Shown: positions 1-13,574 of the stretch, piece after piece | Layout of the letters: each line of letters begins with the position of its first letter | Numbering within the stretch: the stretch's first letter is position 1 | Source: the human T2T-CHM13v2.0 reference genome, Homo sapiens | Direction: 5' to 3' (one strand) | Assembly (NCBI RefSeq): GCF_009914755.1 | Contig: NC_060933.1 | Length of the DNA: 64,000 nt | The notes under the pieces: generated by a model | What the model was told of the DNA's origin: nothing | Databases searched by the model: none | What the model saw: the letters and a program-made list of their open reading frames with translations, nothing else | Position numbers and translations under genes: made by a program

Positions 1-74
1 TGGTCTCTTAACAGCAGGTGACATCATTTAGGGTAATGTCAGCATTAACAGAATAAATTACCAGAGGTAGGAAT

Positions 75-205
75 TAGTGTGAATTTTAGAGTCAGAAAAA
101 CCCATTTCAATTTAAGCTCTTCCAACGTTAATAGCTTTGCGACTATGAGGAGTTCTGTGATGTCTATGGGCCTTAGTTTCCCCACGTGTAAATTGTTACT
201 TGGAA
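75..205 (+). mobile_element. MIR SINE fragment
   Basis: Degenerate match to the MIR core (agagtcaga...ttcaatttaagctct...ccttagtttccccacgtgtaaattg). Confidence 0.6.
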
Positions 206-225
206 TTATTGCAAAATTTAATGGG

Positions 226-315
226 AATTCATTCACCCCATTTATTCGACAAGTGTTATTTAAGCGTTGGATTTTTTGGCACCTATCATGTGTCAGGTGC
301 TATGCTATGGATGTA
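226..315 (-). mobile_element. L2 LINE 3' end fragment
   Basis: attcattcacccatttattcgacaag...cacctatcatgtgtcaggtgctatgct resembles the antisense L2 tail. Confidence 0.55.
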
Positions 316-2127
316 ATTAAAGAACTTGGCACTATGCAGAAGTTAACAAATGGCAGTTTCTCCTTCAGAGTATTTTAGCTCTTTTAATATTCAATAGTCC
401 TAGTCAGGGCCGCATGAATTCAGAGTCTCAGCATAGGGGAATAGGGTTGGCTCTTTGGAAAGCAGGAGAAAGTCACTGTAGATCGTCACTCACTCTCTGA
501 CTTGCATTAAGAATGTTCTGGCAATATTTCTATCCTTCAGACCTGTCTACGTTTATTTAATTGTTCTGAACTCTGAAGCCTTCTATCAAGCAACAACCAT
601 TTCTGCCCAGCTTGCCCAGTCCTGGCACCTCTAACCAGGGCGTATATCCATCTTGGAGACACCATTTACAGTGGCAAGAGGCCCTTCAGTGTCGTGGCCT
701 TTGCACTGTGGACCACTGGAGTTGAGGTCACCTCTTTTCCTCAGAGCAGAAATGGTCTGATGAGGTGCTCTGAGTCATGGGTTATGCAGCTGTCTGCTTA
801 GGACTTGACAGAACGCAGCTGAGTAAGGATGACTCGCCACTTAACGGACATTAATTACTGCTCACAGCATCCCTGTAGGTCAGAGGACAGTAGGATTCTG
901 ACGTCAGATCTGACATGCTGTGGCTGGTGGTAGGCTGGCACTTAAATTCGATTAGGGTTGTGGTAGTTTAGCACAGCCAGAGGGACCCAGATGGAAAGTC
1001 TTGCCAAACTTCCAGGACATTCACAGTTACTTTTTTTTTCAGTGACATTTACATCATGAACTTTGGTCTTTGTTTCCCCCATCCCAACTTTGTACTCCAT
1101 TCCCACTCCACACCAATTTAAACATGTACTGCTGAGAGGTGCAGAGTCTAGTTTCTGAGCTCTGCCTTCTTTGATGGAATTAAAACCAGTACTTCTAGAG
1201 AGTGTGGGTTTATCTGAAGTCTTCACTTACCAAATCCCTGTATTGTAGCTTTGTGATGCTACTAAGTGTAGAGCAGATTAAAAAGCAAGAATAATTAATA
1301 GCATTACAAATTGGAGAAGCAAATGGCAGTCTTCTTAATGCTAACCTCTGGTTCCTGCAATAAAGCGGAAATTTGTAGGAGCTCCTACGCAGTGCATCAT
1401 TTTCAAACATCATCTCTGAAGCACTCGTTCGTTCCATTTTAGCCTACGTGGCATATGGAAGGTGTCAGCTGTGAATATTTATCGGGATTAAAATGCACTC
1501 TTAAGAGGTGAATGCTGAGGGGAAGCATCTTGTGATATTAATAGAGCACATATATGTCATCCAGAAGATGGCTGATGGGCTGGACCTCTCTCTCTACAGT
1601 AGCTGGGTAATGATTCCTTCCGGAGGTGGTGCAGAACAATGTGGATTGGAATAGCCCTGCATCATCTTCAGCTGTTTGGACTTTAGACAGTTGAATTCAA
1701 GTGCAGGTTGGGGAAAAGTTATCTGGCAGAGAAAATAAGAGGCAGGTTTTCCCTCTTGTTAAGTGAGGAGTTTAACATTGAGAAGAGAACCTTCAGTTTT
1801 GACATTGCCAGTAAGAAATGCATGGCCTCTCTCCATTTAGGTGGTAAACCCATCAAGATAAAAGAGCGCTTGTCTCAAAAAGAAGGCTGTAGAGGTGAAC
1901 ACATTCAAGTCAAAGGAAGGGTTTTCGTTTTTTACTTCATAAATGCATGAAGGTGGCATTTATGCGGGTGTCTTGGTCTTTTGAGTTTAAAACAGTTGAA
2001 AGGGCCACAATGTACACGCTTATCAACAGCTAAAGCATATTGAGTATTAATTCCTATTTAACTCACTGTTGTTCACTTTGGAGATTTTCCTTTAAAAATA
2101 GTCCAAAGTTTCAGAGCAAAAATCTTA

Positions 2128-2935
2128 CTTTTTTACCTTTTTGTTAAGATATAATTTAATACTGTTAAACCTACCCTAGTGTACAGTTCTGTGAGTTTTG
2201 ATAAACGTGTACAGTCATAGAAGTAACACCCAACCAAAATATACAACAGTCCCATCCTCACCCTCCAAATGTGTGTGTCCCTTTGTATTCAATTTCTCAG
2301 TCACTGAAAACCACTGATCTGTTTTCTGTGTCTGTGGTTTTGCCTTTTCCAGAATGTCCTATAAATGGAATCATATGTAGCCTTTTGGGTCTGGCTGCTT
2401 TCACTTAACATATTGCATTTGACATTCATCTATGTTGTTGTATGTATCAGCCATTTTGTTTCTTTTTTGCTGCTAAGTATTCTATAGATGCACTAAAGTT
2501 TGTTTATTCAATTCTTATTAGGGAGATGTTTGGATTGTTTCCAGTTTTTGGCAATTATATGTAAAGTCACCTCTGTACAGGTTTTCAAGTGACCATAGTT
2601 TTCATTTCACTTGGGTCAATAACAAGTAGGAGGCCAAGCTGTGTGGTAAGTACATGCTTCACCTTCTAAGAAACTGCTGCACTGTTTTCCAAAGTAAGTT
2701 TACATTTTTAAATTTTCACCAAAAATGGATGAGATTTTCAGTACTCCACATTCTTGACAGCACTTAATATTATCGATTTTAATTTAATCATTATTATAGA
2801 TGTTTATTGGTATATCATCATTGTTTTAATATGCATTTCTGTAATGACTGTTGAGGTTGAGTGTCTTTGCGTTATTTGCCATTTGATGGAGTTTCTGTAC
2901 ATCTTTTACCCATTTGAAAGCAAATTGTTCATTTG
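2128..2935 (-). mobile_element. Old L1 (L1MB/MC-like) 3' region
   Basis: T-rich start followed by typical antisense L1M 3' motifs: gtgtacagttctgtgagttttgataa, ttgccttttccagaatgtcctataaatggaatcata, gattgtttccagtttttggcaattat, aagaaactgc. Confidence 0.85.
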
Positions 2936-3654
2936 ATGGAAAAGTGGTGTTTTGTTTTGTTTTAATTTTTTTTGGTTAGGTTGATGTTGTCAACTGTTAT
3001 CTATACTCTCCTCTACCCCACAAAGCCTTTAGCCACCTAAAAGATATTGAGATCAACATTTAGTGTGAATAGAGCCACATTTTCTGTAAGTCAGACAGCA
3101 GAAAACTATATATGGAGCATTTTTCTGAATGTCTTTGGAAATAAAAAATAACTACTTCCATTCCCCTTGGAGGAGCCTACCCCATCCAGTAACATGGGGT
3201 CATTAAGCGAAGTTCTTCTTTATAGGAGAAGAAAAACCATAGGCGCTTCTTTAAGAGGGTAACTTGTTTTTCCTAGAGCTCTAAGACACCAGAGGATTAT
3301 AGAATTCTGGTTTTTAAAACAGCCTGAGGATTCCCTCAGGGCAAATATTGATTATTTGTAACTTGAAATTTTAAATCATGCTTCAAGTGTCACTTTAAAG
3401 TATAAGAAATCGATGTACCTGTAAAATTGACATAGTTACTTTAGATATGATACAAATAGAAGCCACAGCAACCTTCACTATTTACCAGATTGAAGAAAAA
3501 AATAAGTAAGACCTTGCAATATTTTACTGTTTTAGTGGAATATACTTGTAGTGAACTTCTGTTAGGAATTTTTTTTTGCAGCTCCCGGTGTTTCCTTTCT
3601 TGAGGACCACCTTTCTTTTCCATGCCATTTTGCATCTTCCACTGGGATGGGCCC

Positions 3655-4420
<766 letters not shown>

Positions 4421-5819
4421 GCATTGGATGATCTTGGTTAGGAAACCCATCTGAGTTGGCATCCTGAAAGAATTCCAAGTGGCAGTTGTTGTAAATATTG
4501 AGCTTTATAATGCCAGGTGAATAACTGGAATTGAGGGTGGAGACAGTCAATCTGAAGATAGGTTTCAAGGAAGAAATGGAATTACTTCTTTGTTTTGAGC
4601 TCTAGTCAGATTCCTAGAGTCTTAGATTGGGAATGAATCTTAGAGGTTATATAGTTCATTTTGTTGAACTTTTCACACAGGGTGGAAGGCTTCTCTCTTA
4701 AATTCAGACAGTTAGCCCATCTGGCCTCTGATTATGTCAGCTGGTTTAATTCAGGCTCTACACAGGCCTAGGAAGACAAATGTTATTTTCTGTTTTAAAT
4801 TTCACATTTTTCCCCACACATCTTCTTCCAAATATTTCAAGACAGTTGTTGCTCTTGGGATTCCTCCTTCTCATTCACTTTTGGGGCCATCCATAGTTAA
4901 CGAAGATATTTTTGCCAGCAGCATTCCAATTTGGATTCAGAAATACTAATAAAATTTGCTTTTGGTTTCCTGTTGTCTGTTGATGAGTCATGCTCACAAA
5001 CTGCCTCACTTCATATCTTTTTCAGTGCATTGTAGTCCACTGAGTGTTTGGGGCAAGGACATTTTCGACAATACCGAAAGACTTACCTCACACAGGTGCT
5101 GCTTGCATCAAAAGAGTCAGCCCTGCTAGCTGGGAGCCCACAAAGATTTTTGGTGGAGAGAAGAAAAAGTAGCATCTAGGTACCTGTACCTAATAGGTGA
5201 TCAACCTATTGGGTGAAATGAGTGAATTACTTGTGATCAAGTCATAGCTGTTTTATGTAGAAAGGGTTTGTTTGTACCATTTTCCCAAACTAGAAAGAAA
5301 GTAGCCTGGAAGTTTGTAATTGTATTTCCCTCCCCTCACTTCAGAACAACAGCAAATGTACTGTCTACAAGAGAGGTGCCATTTTGCAGCTAGTTTTTAA
5401 GTGTCACAGACCAGCTGGAATTGGAAGTTCTTGGAACTTTAGAGGTGTTGGGCTGTGTCAGACTGATAAATTATGTAAAACCTCTTTCCCTGAGTATTAT
5501 TAATCATCCTCAAGCAAATGAAGACGTGCTAATTAATTTGTGGTGGTTTTCACCTGCAAATGCCAAAGGAACTAAACCAAATTAAATCTTCTATTCTCTT
5601 TAAGACCAGCACCCTGTTAAATACCCTATGACTTATCTAATTCCATTTGAAAGATGTGATTCTTTGCAGACTTAGTTTACCTGTGGTTTCAAAATCTTAA
5701 AGACTTTTTCTTGAATGTGTACCCCAAGGTTTTGCACTTAGGGACTTGGAAAATGAATGGAGGGAATTCATTGCTATGGTTTATAGAGGACCCAGCATAT
5801 ACAAGATTCTGTATTAGAT

Positions 5820-6020
5820 AGTTTACCTATGCTCTCTCATGGGTAGGTATTACCAAAGCCTATAGGAAGTAGGAATTATCATTCTAGTTGTATTAAGAAG
5901 GAAACAGTCTCAGAGACTTTATATAAATTTCCCAGGCCACAAAGTTTATTAATATGGAGCTAAGATGCAAATCCAGGGCTGTCCAACCTCACAGTTCATG
6001 CTCTTTCCAGTATACCATGC
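5820..6020 (-). mobile_element. MIR
   Basis: aaggaaacagtctcagaga...ttcccaggccacaaag...gatgcaaatccagg...catgctctttccagtataccatgc. Confidence 0.7.
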
Positions 6021-7114
6021 TCCCCCCAAGGAGACAATCTATTGTGTGTGTGAAATCTCACCAGCCAGACACCAAAGCACCATGCATTGTAGGCTTTGCA
6101 TGGTATTTTAAGAATTAGGATTCCTCATTTAATTTCCTCCATTGGAGAAAAGTCTCAAAGAAAATAATTTTAGAGTCTTCTAATGATTTTCACAAGAACA
6201 GCATCATGCATGATACTACTTCATTCTCACCCTCAACTACATGTGTACTTGGCTATTTCTGAGCCAGGTCATTTATCTTTGGTAACAATTAAAATATTAT
6301 CGCTCAGATGAGAGATGTCTTTCCACTCATGGCTATGGATCTTCCTTGTGAGCCATGTTTAATGTGCCTCTGAAAGCAAGTGGTCTCTGAACATCCAAGA
6401 AGGACTCTGGGGAGACTGAGAGAAAGTAGTAGACTCCCATTGGCCACAGATGGTTTGCAAAATATGGAGCCGGGCATCTTACATCCCTGTCTAGATCAAT
6501 GTTCCAGAGTCTCTTCCTTATCACTGTGACTGTAAAAATTAAATTGAAGGCTCACTTGTGGGAAGTTCATTGCCATTACTAGCATTTTTCTTGGCAATTA
6601 CTTGGTATACCCACAGAGGTAAGAATGCTGGCGAAAGTTCCACAAGACTGTTTAGATGTCAGAGTGGAGTCCTCTAATGTATTTCCTGACAGCAAGCCCC
6701 ATCCAGATGAATGTGCTTGGCCAACATCCAGAGCTGGGCACACTCCAGGGAAGAACCTATGAAGTAGGATTCTGGCCAAGGTGTCTTGGGTCTTTTTGTG
6801 GGGGTTTGGAGCTTCCTTTTCTTCATTCATGTTTGGCTTGTTACCAGCCCTCTTTCAAGGACTCAAAGGCACTGAACTGTTAGAGGAGGAAACCCTATGG
6901 AACAGTTTGCTGAAGACAAAGATTATGTAAACGGATGTGCATTCGGCCCTCTTTTAGGAAAATGTATAATTATCTTCACTGTTACTTCTTTTGTGTATTT
7001 CATTCTCTCCCAGTTATAGAAATACTTGTGGTCTCAATAAAGATTTCAGATTTGGGCATCTCTCTTCTTCACCATTTCAAGTAACAGACATCCCTGTTTT
7101 GTCAAAGAGCTAGT

Positions 7115-7325
7115 GAGATGTACAAGAGCATGTACTTCTGAATATTGTGTCTGTCACTAACTGTCACGTAGGGCAAGTCACATTCTCTCTAAGCCACATT
7201 TTCCTTTCTCACCTGTCAAATGGGATGATCATGCCTGCCTCACAAGGCTGTCCTGAATGAAAATTCAATGTGAATGGAATTAGCACAGAGTCTGGCTTAT
7301 GGAAGATGCTCAAAAACATTTGATT
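7115..7325 (+). mobile_element. MIR
   Basis: gggcaagtcacattctctctaagccac...ctgtcaaatgggatgatcatgcctgcctcacaaggctgt...gatgctcaaaaacatt. Confidence 0.75.
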
Positions 7326-8223
7326 GCTAAAATGAAGACCATTGCATTTTATTTTTGAAAGTCCCCAGAGCCCTCCCTTATCACACACAACATGCTACAC
7401 ATGCACAATATTTCTGTGTTTTTTTTCCAGGCAAACATTTCCATATTATGTGTTATTGCTTGCAAGTTGCAGTCAGCATTAAGTCAAATTTTCCTCACAT
7501 TTCTTTTCCTGCCCTGTCCTCCTCCATAGTATAGAACAAGAGAAATGTGAATTAGAATTGCATTGTGTATTGCTAATTCTTCCCTGACTCCTAGTAGAAC
7601 CTCCTTTCACATGTGCACACACAGACACACACCCTTTCCATTTTGTTACCCTCCGTCTTCCTTTTCAGATGTCCTCAGTGTACATGTTTTCCATTGTTAG
7701 ACATGCTTCTTCTGGAATCAGAAATAGTAAAAGTGTCCACTTGGATACAGCACAGTAATGTGCATGTTGGGTGGCATTGGCAAACCCTTATGCAAAATGA
7801 GAAAAATGCTCCCACCTTTATAGGGAGGTCAAATGAGAAAATGGGAGAGCTGTTGTGGGAGGAGCTGCTTTCCTCAGGAAGAAAGAAGGGAGAATAGGTG
7901 GCAATGGGTGAGTCTTTATTTTCCTTGAGACTGAATTGAGGATGTCAACTGTCTTAGAAAGAAAATCGAAGCAAATCCCTTTGTTCCATTGCCCTTCATA
8001 GGGAAAACATACTAAATTGGTCCTCTCTTTGCTAGGCTCTTCCAAAGGTTTATATCCTTGCTGAAATAATCTCTTTGGGAATCACTTCTAAATTTCATGA
8101 CCTTGTTCACTCTTTCTTATTAGCCATTCTTACATCAGTTCTACCCTCTCCTAGTGCTAAAGCATCTGGTAAAGCCAACTAAATTTCTTGTGGATTAGTG
8201 TGGTGCTTACCCAACAACATGGG

Positions 8224-9276
8224 TGTGGTAGACAGCCTCCAGGATGGCCCCAAAGACCCCAGCCTCATGATATGCACACACTTGAGTAGTTCTCCTCCAC
8301 AGTGTGCTGTGGTTTGTGTAACCAACAGAATATGGGAGAAGTGATGGTATGTCATTTTTAAGATTACAAAAAGATGCTGCATCTTCTATTTTGACCACAT
8401 CTCTCTTGGATCACTTGCTTTAAGGGAAGCCTGCTGCCATGTCTTGAGGACCCTCCAACAGCTCTGTGGAGAAGCCCACATGGTGAGAAACTGAGGCCTT
8501 CATGCAACAGCCATGTGAAAAAGTCTTCATGGAAGTGGGTCTTCCAGCCCAATCAGATCTTCAGATGACTGCAGCCCCAGCTGACAGTTTCACAGGAAAC
8601 TAATGAGAGACCCTGAACCAGAGCCACCTGGGTAAGTCAATTCCAGATTCCTGACTCTCAGAAACAGTGGGAAAGTAAGTGTTTATTGTTTGAAATCCTG
8701 TCAAAAACTGAGAAGGATCTGAGATTTTACCCTCCTTGCACACTAACAAATTTTTGTTTTCTACTCAAGACAGTTTTATGAATATCAGTAGAAGTCATGA
8801 CTCCTGAGTCAGAGAAAAAAGACTTGTATTATTTACAGCACAGCAGTCAGCATGAGCTCATGTTTACATTGGTTTCTCTTGCCCCTAAACCCTAAACCCT
8901 AAAAGGGTGATGTGAGGGTGGGCACAGGTGGATGCTATACACACAGTGGGTTTGCCTCACAACTGAAGACCCTCATCTTAGGAAATCCCAATCTTCTATA
9001 AAAGTACTTCAAGAAAATCTGCTCAAACATTGTCCTGGCAGGAGACATTAACTTTATGATACTGGATGGCAAACAAATCTGGCCTCTGTCCCAAAGGGAT
9101 ACACTATCTCTATCTTCCAACATTGTTTGCTGTGTAAATATTCTGGAAAAGAGTCTGGGCCAAAAGCTGTCAGTGTCTCTGCTCACAACACACACAAGGC
9201 ATTGAATGGAGACTTGTCTGCTGGCAGCCACTGAGTTTCAGAATGATTTTCTGTGCAGCAATAGATAAGTAATCCA
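8224..9276 (+). mobile_element. MLT1F-like MaLR solo LTR, interrupted by LTR40
   Basis: Starts tgtggtagacagcctccaggatggcccc and ends gcagcaatagataagtaatcca. 5-bp TSD ATGGG at 8219-8223 and 9277-9281. Confidence 0.9.
8699..9226 (-). mobile_element. LTR40-like ERVL solo LTR nested in MLT1F
   Basis: TG...CA ends. The reverse complement contains gtgagcagagacactgacagc and ttggaagatagagatagtgt, as recalled for LTR40. The host LTR resumes immediately after it. Confidence 0.75.
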
Positions 9277-10294
9277 ATGGGAGGCCTGTATCTAGGCCTC
9301 ACCTGTCAAAGTCACTGTACTGAGGGCATGTGTAGTAGAGTTGTATCTATTGACAGAGAGTGAGTGCAAGGGTTTTAGACTTAAGAAATAAGTGAAGGGA
9401 CAAGTAGGTCCTCTGGTTTTAGAAGATGATAAAGAGGGAGAAAAGGAAAAAGCAACAGAGGGAAGGAGCCAAAAGGTGGAATTTACTAGAAATGACAAGT
9501 GTAGCTTTCTCTCGTAGCAAATATTTTTACCTAGAGAATAGATTTGTAAAATGAAAGAATTCACTACTTAGTATCTTGCTGTGTTTAAAAGCCTCTTCTC
9601 ATCTTCACTAGCAAGTTGTCCTATGACAGGGTGGGGGTGTTGCTAGTGGATATTTTTCACATTTTTTGGTCCCTAGTGAAGGAAAATGAGGTGCAGTTAA
9701 TTTTGAGCCAATCCGTAGAGAACCCAACTTGATAATTCTATTTAAAAGGCACATCAAATAAAGCACTTAAAAGATGATTTTTGTTTACATGCTTTATTCT
9801 GTGAAAATGAGGAATCAAAGACCTCTTGGGTTTTCTGCTGTCAGAAAAATATCTTCTATTCTCGTCGTGAAATCAATTGAGGGGGTAAAGAATTAAGAAT
9901 GATTTTCATTTGAAATGATACTTGGTCTTATGTTTCATTTGATTTTAGAAATATTTGAACAGCCTTCCCTTAATGAAGTCATTTTTAGACACCCAGAACG
10001 AGTATAATTGACAGTTAAAAAGTAAAACCAAAAGTGTGAATGAGCTTCCATCAGCCCATAAGAAAAAGAGGACCTAAGATGCTTGATAGACGACATTACT
10101 TCAGGTTTCACTCATCTGGCATCTGTTGATAGGACAGGGCTCAGGGATACTTTATTAGTTTTCCAGTATGTAATGCCATAGCTGGTTATTGACATTTGCA
10201 GGAGCATCTCTCAGTAACAGCACCCAGGGCAAGCTATAGCCTTGATTATAGCTTGGGGAATTTAAAAGCAGGTTAAATGTGAGCGCTCTAATTT

Positions 10295-10410
10295 CTCTCC
10301 TAATTTCTTAAATGGGAATACTTATCTCAATGTTATTGTGAGGTTTAAATGTGCTAAAGTAGATAAAGAGTGTAGCAATGTGCATGGCGTATAATAAATG
10401 CTCAATAAGT
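10295..10410 (+). mobile_element. MIR 3' part
   Basis: aaatgggaatacttatctcaatgttattgtgaggtttaaatg...taaatgctcaataagtg. Confidence 0.7.
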
Positions 10411-10416
10411 GAAAAC

Positions 10417-10508
10417 TTTTATTATTATTTTTATTTTTATTATTTTGAGACAGGGTCTTGCTCTATCACCCAGGCTGCAGTGCAGTGACACCACCATAGT
10501 TCACTGCA
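10417..10508 (-). mobile_element. 5'-truncated Alu (3' end of right arm)
   Basis: (TTA/TTTTTA)n tail then gagacagggtcttgctctatcacccaggctgcagtgcagtg...tcactgca. Confidence 0.9.
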
Positions 10509-11161
10509 CAAGGCTTGTATTGTTAATCCTCAAAGATATTAGGCATGCTCTTTCTTGGGCTACATTATGTCATTTCAAATGCAGTAGAGTTCCATTAGAT
10601 GACATCTGGCTCTATCATGTTCTATTTTATTGTATTACAGGTCAATTTGTAGTTCTTATTTATACTATGTTAGCTATGTGCCTCTCTTTCCTGATGTATG
10701 GAAAAGTCTCTGAATAAATGCTGGCTCTTGGTCTTGTCATTTGATATAGCAAAATAATAAATACCACCCAATGACCAAACTTAGCAAAGCCTGGTTATTT
10801 TCAAAGCATATTGATTTCAACTTTTTCTTAAGCAGAAAGGCTGTTTATGGAAAATTTCCCTAGAGGTGGAATTCCTAACAGGTTCAAACTATTTTTTGTT
10901 TAAAAACCAGGAACCTGGTCCAAAAGGAGGCCAGGACTATGAGTTGTCCTGCAGGTGTGAGTAGAGATGTTGTGCCCACACTTTTTGCCCTTCTGGAAGG
11001 ATCTTTTTATGGGGCCCCTGGTGGTGTAGTCAGTGGGCATTATCACATGTAGCATTCCCAGGGGTTGTCACCGACTGGAGAAAATCACCTTGCAGTTCAG
11101 ACAACAAAAAGGTCTTTCCTATCCAAGGGGCCTCACAGTATGCTTGAGAAGGGACTGAGGT

Positions 11162-11637
11162 TATGGCAGATGCTTCCAGAGCCCAGCCACATCTGCTGGG
11201 CACCCACCATTCCTGTGCCTGCCTATCCTATGGCTTCTATCTGCAAGGACCTGTGACTCTTTGCTTAGAGTTTCCTCTGGCTGTGGAAGATCTCTCAGCC
11301 CAAGGGCAGGACAGGTTGGAAGTAAGGCTAAGTACAGAGGAAGTATAGCCCTTGGGACCGAGGGACTTGATGGGTAAACACCAAGCCCCCTTGCTCTCCA
11401 GGTGGGAAAAATCCAAGGTGTGTTCTACACTGCTTTCCTGTATTCCCTCAGATGATTGAGCCCCCATTTGCCCATAGTGGTATCATGCTTCATAATATTC
11501 TCTTGACTGGCTTCTTTCCCTTTCCTCTCTTAGTTCTCTACTTCCTTAATGGTGCTTCTTGGGATATCTCCCAAACAAACTACTGCAACTCGTATCCTTG
11601 TTTCAGAGTCTGCTTTGGAGGAAGCCAATCTACAACA
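11162..11637 (+). mobile_element. ERVL solo LTR (LTR33/LTR16 family)
   Basis: Starts tatggcagatgct, contains gtgtgttctacactg and tgcccatagtggta, and ends ctcccaaacaaactactgcaactcgtatccttgtttcagagtctgctttggaggaagccaatctacaaca. Confidence 0.8.
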
Positions 11638-11769
11638 AAGGATATGCTCCCATTGCCTCCCTTATCCCATCAGCTCTGCAGGTTCCTCAGATTCCCTCCT
11701 CTGTGTACCTGTCTCCTGTTCTTCATAGGAACGAGGGAAAGAAAGAGGGACTTGACATTCTGACTAACA

Positions 11770-11935
11770 CTATATGGGTGATTTTAAATCCTTCATCTCA
11801 TTTCAATACTACGATGTAGTATTTCCATTTTACAAATGAGAAAACTGAGACCGGAGGACTAAATATCTAGATTGAGGTAATGCAGCGTCTAGATGGAAGA
11901 GATAGGTCTTGATTTCAGGTTTTCTGACTTTGTTC
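11770..11935 (-). mobile_element. MIR
   Basis: ccattttacaaatgagaaaactgagac core. Confidence 0.7.
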
Positions 11936-12019
11936 TAAAATATTCTCATTCTAGTTTATCTCTGAAGGCGTGAACAGATCAGAGGAGGAATAAAGTTTAT
12001 CTCCTTATTGTGCTATAAA

Positions 12020-12592
12020 TTTTTAAAAGGCACATCAATCACATCATATTACTCCAAAGGTTTCATATAACAAGTAGAATAAGATTCCAGCTCTATCCTA
12101 TGGCCTGCTCTGCCCTACATGATCTGTCTCCTGCTTAAATCTTTGATCTCACCTTCTAGCCCTTCCCCTTCTCTCACTCTGTTCTGTGCATACACCAAGC
12201 TTATTCCACTTCATGGTCAGCCTTTGTCCTTGCTGTTCCCCTGCATGGAATGCTCTTCTTCAGATCCTTTGCAGGCTACCTCCTTGTCATCATTCCAGTC
12301 TCAGTGCAAATGTGACTTCCTCAGAGGAAGTCCCTGAACATTCTAACTAAACTATCTGTCTTTGCTCCTCTCTCCCTGCCTGGCCCCAGGCATTTCTCAT
12401 CCAGGTGTTCTTTTTTATTATTATTATTATATTCAATGCGCTTATTTGTTTCTGGTTTGTTCTCTCACCCCAGCCTCATATAAGCTGATTGAAGGCAGGG
12501 ACTTTGCTTGTTTCATTCATTACTCTTTTCCCAGGGCCTAGAATAGTGCCTGGTGCATAGTTTTTGTCAAATGTATACCTGTATAAATGAAA
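12020..12592 (+). mobile_element. L2 3' region
   Basis: cctttgtccttgctgttccctgcatggaatgctctt, tctcagtgcaaatgtgacttcctcagagga, gaaggcagggactttg...cctagaatagtgcctggtgcatag. Confidence 0.85.
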
Positions 12593-13410
12593 GTGAGGCA
12601 GTAGAGAAGAAAAATTGTAGGCATGTATCTGATAGGACCTTAAAACATATTTGGTGTATAACTAAGATTTATTTACCCAACTCTTTGTAATCAGCAGAAT
12701 TAATATAACTTGAAAGCAAATGCATCTTGCTGACATTTTGGAATCTATGTGCATGCATTAATACCAATCAAATTAAGTGTGTGTTTCACAGCCTGCCATT
12801 TGGATGAGAGATGCTGGAAAGGGAGAAGGTGGACAGCTTCTTAGCCTCTTTTTTTTCTGGCATTTTTAACGACATTCTGGTAAACTGGGCTCCGGGTTTG
12901 ATTAAAGATTGTTTGGGGTATGGAGAAAGAGTATGGAGACAATCTTAACAATCATTTACATTTTGGACTTCACTCAAAAAACAAAAATGTCATTGTTAAA
13001 AGGCTTACAGCTTAAGTCCTCTGAAATCTAGTTTTGGCTTTTTTATCTCTTTTATTTTGATATTTGTATTTTTGTCCAATGGTTTTTTTTTAGGGGAAGT
13101 GAGAGATAGAAAGGGACATGCCTGTGCTGCCATATTTGTTTTAATAAAATTCCCTGATTTTCCTCATTACAAAAGTTACCTATATTCCTTAGAACATTTG
13201 GAAAGTAAAACAAAGAAGATAATAAAAATTATTGTGTCTATTTCTTAACAACTGCTAATATTTTATGCATTTCATTCCAGTTGTTTTTCTATGATTATGA
13301 ATATCTACATGTGGTATAGTTCTTCAATTCTAAGGTACTATCTGTTATAAAATGGGATATTGGTTTATTTATCACTTTCCCTCCCCTCCCCTCTCCTCCC
13401 CTCCTTGTCC

Positions 13411-13555
13411 TTTCCTTTCCTTTCCTTTCCTTTCCTTTCCTTTCCTTTCCTTTCCTTTCCTTTCCTTTCCTTTCCTTTCCTTTCCTTTCCTTTCCTTTCC
13501 TTTCCTTTCCTTTCCTTTCCTTTCCTTTCCTTTCCTTTCCTTTCCTTTCCTTTCC
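13411..13555. repeat. (TTTCC)29 pentanucleotide microsatellite within a pyrimidine tract at about 13376-13578
   Basis: 29 uninterrupted TTTCC units counted directly. They occupy the tail position of the adjacent antisense Alu. Confidence 0.98.
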
Positions 13556-13574
13556 TTTCTTTCCTCTCTCTCTC

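Noticed and set aside
1375-1388. 14-bp palindrome gtaggagctcctac; also the 16-bp tgtcataattatgaca at 49754-49769 and 10-bp stems at 28777-28800 and 36107-36130
   Set aside because: About the number expected by chance in 64 kb of AT-rich DNA.
8883-8903. (CCCTAAA)3 plant-type telomere-like repeat
   Set aside because: Only three units inside an LTR, consistent with local slippage.
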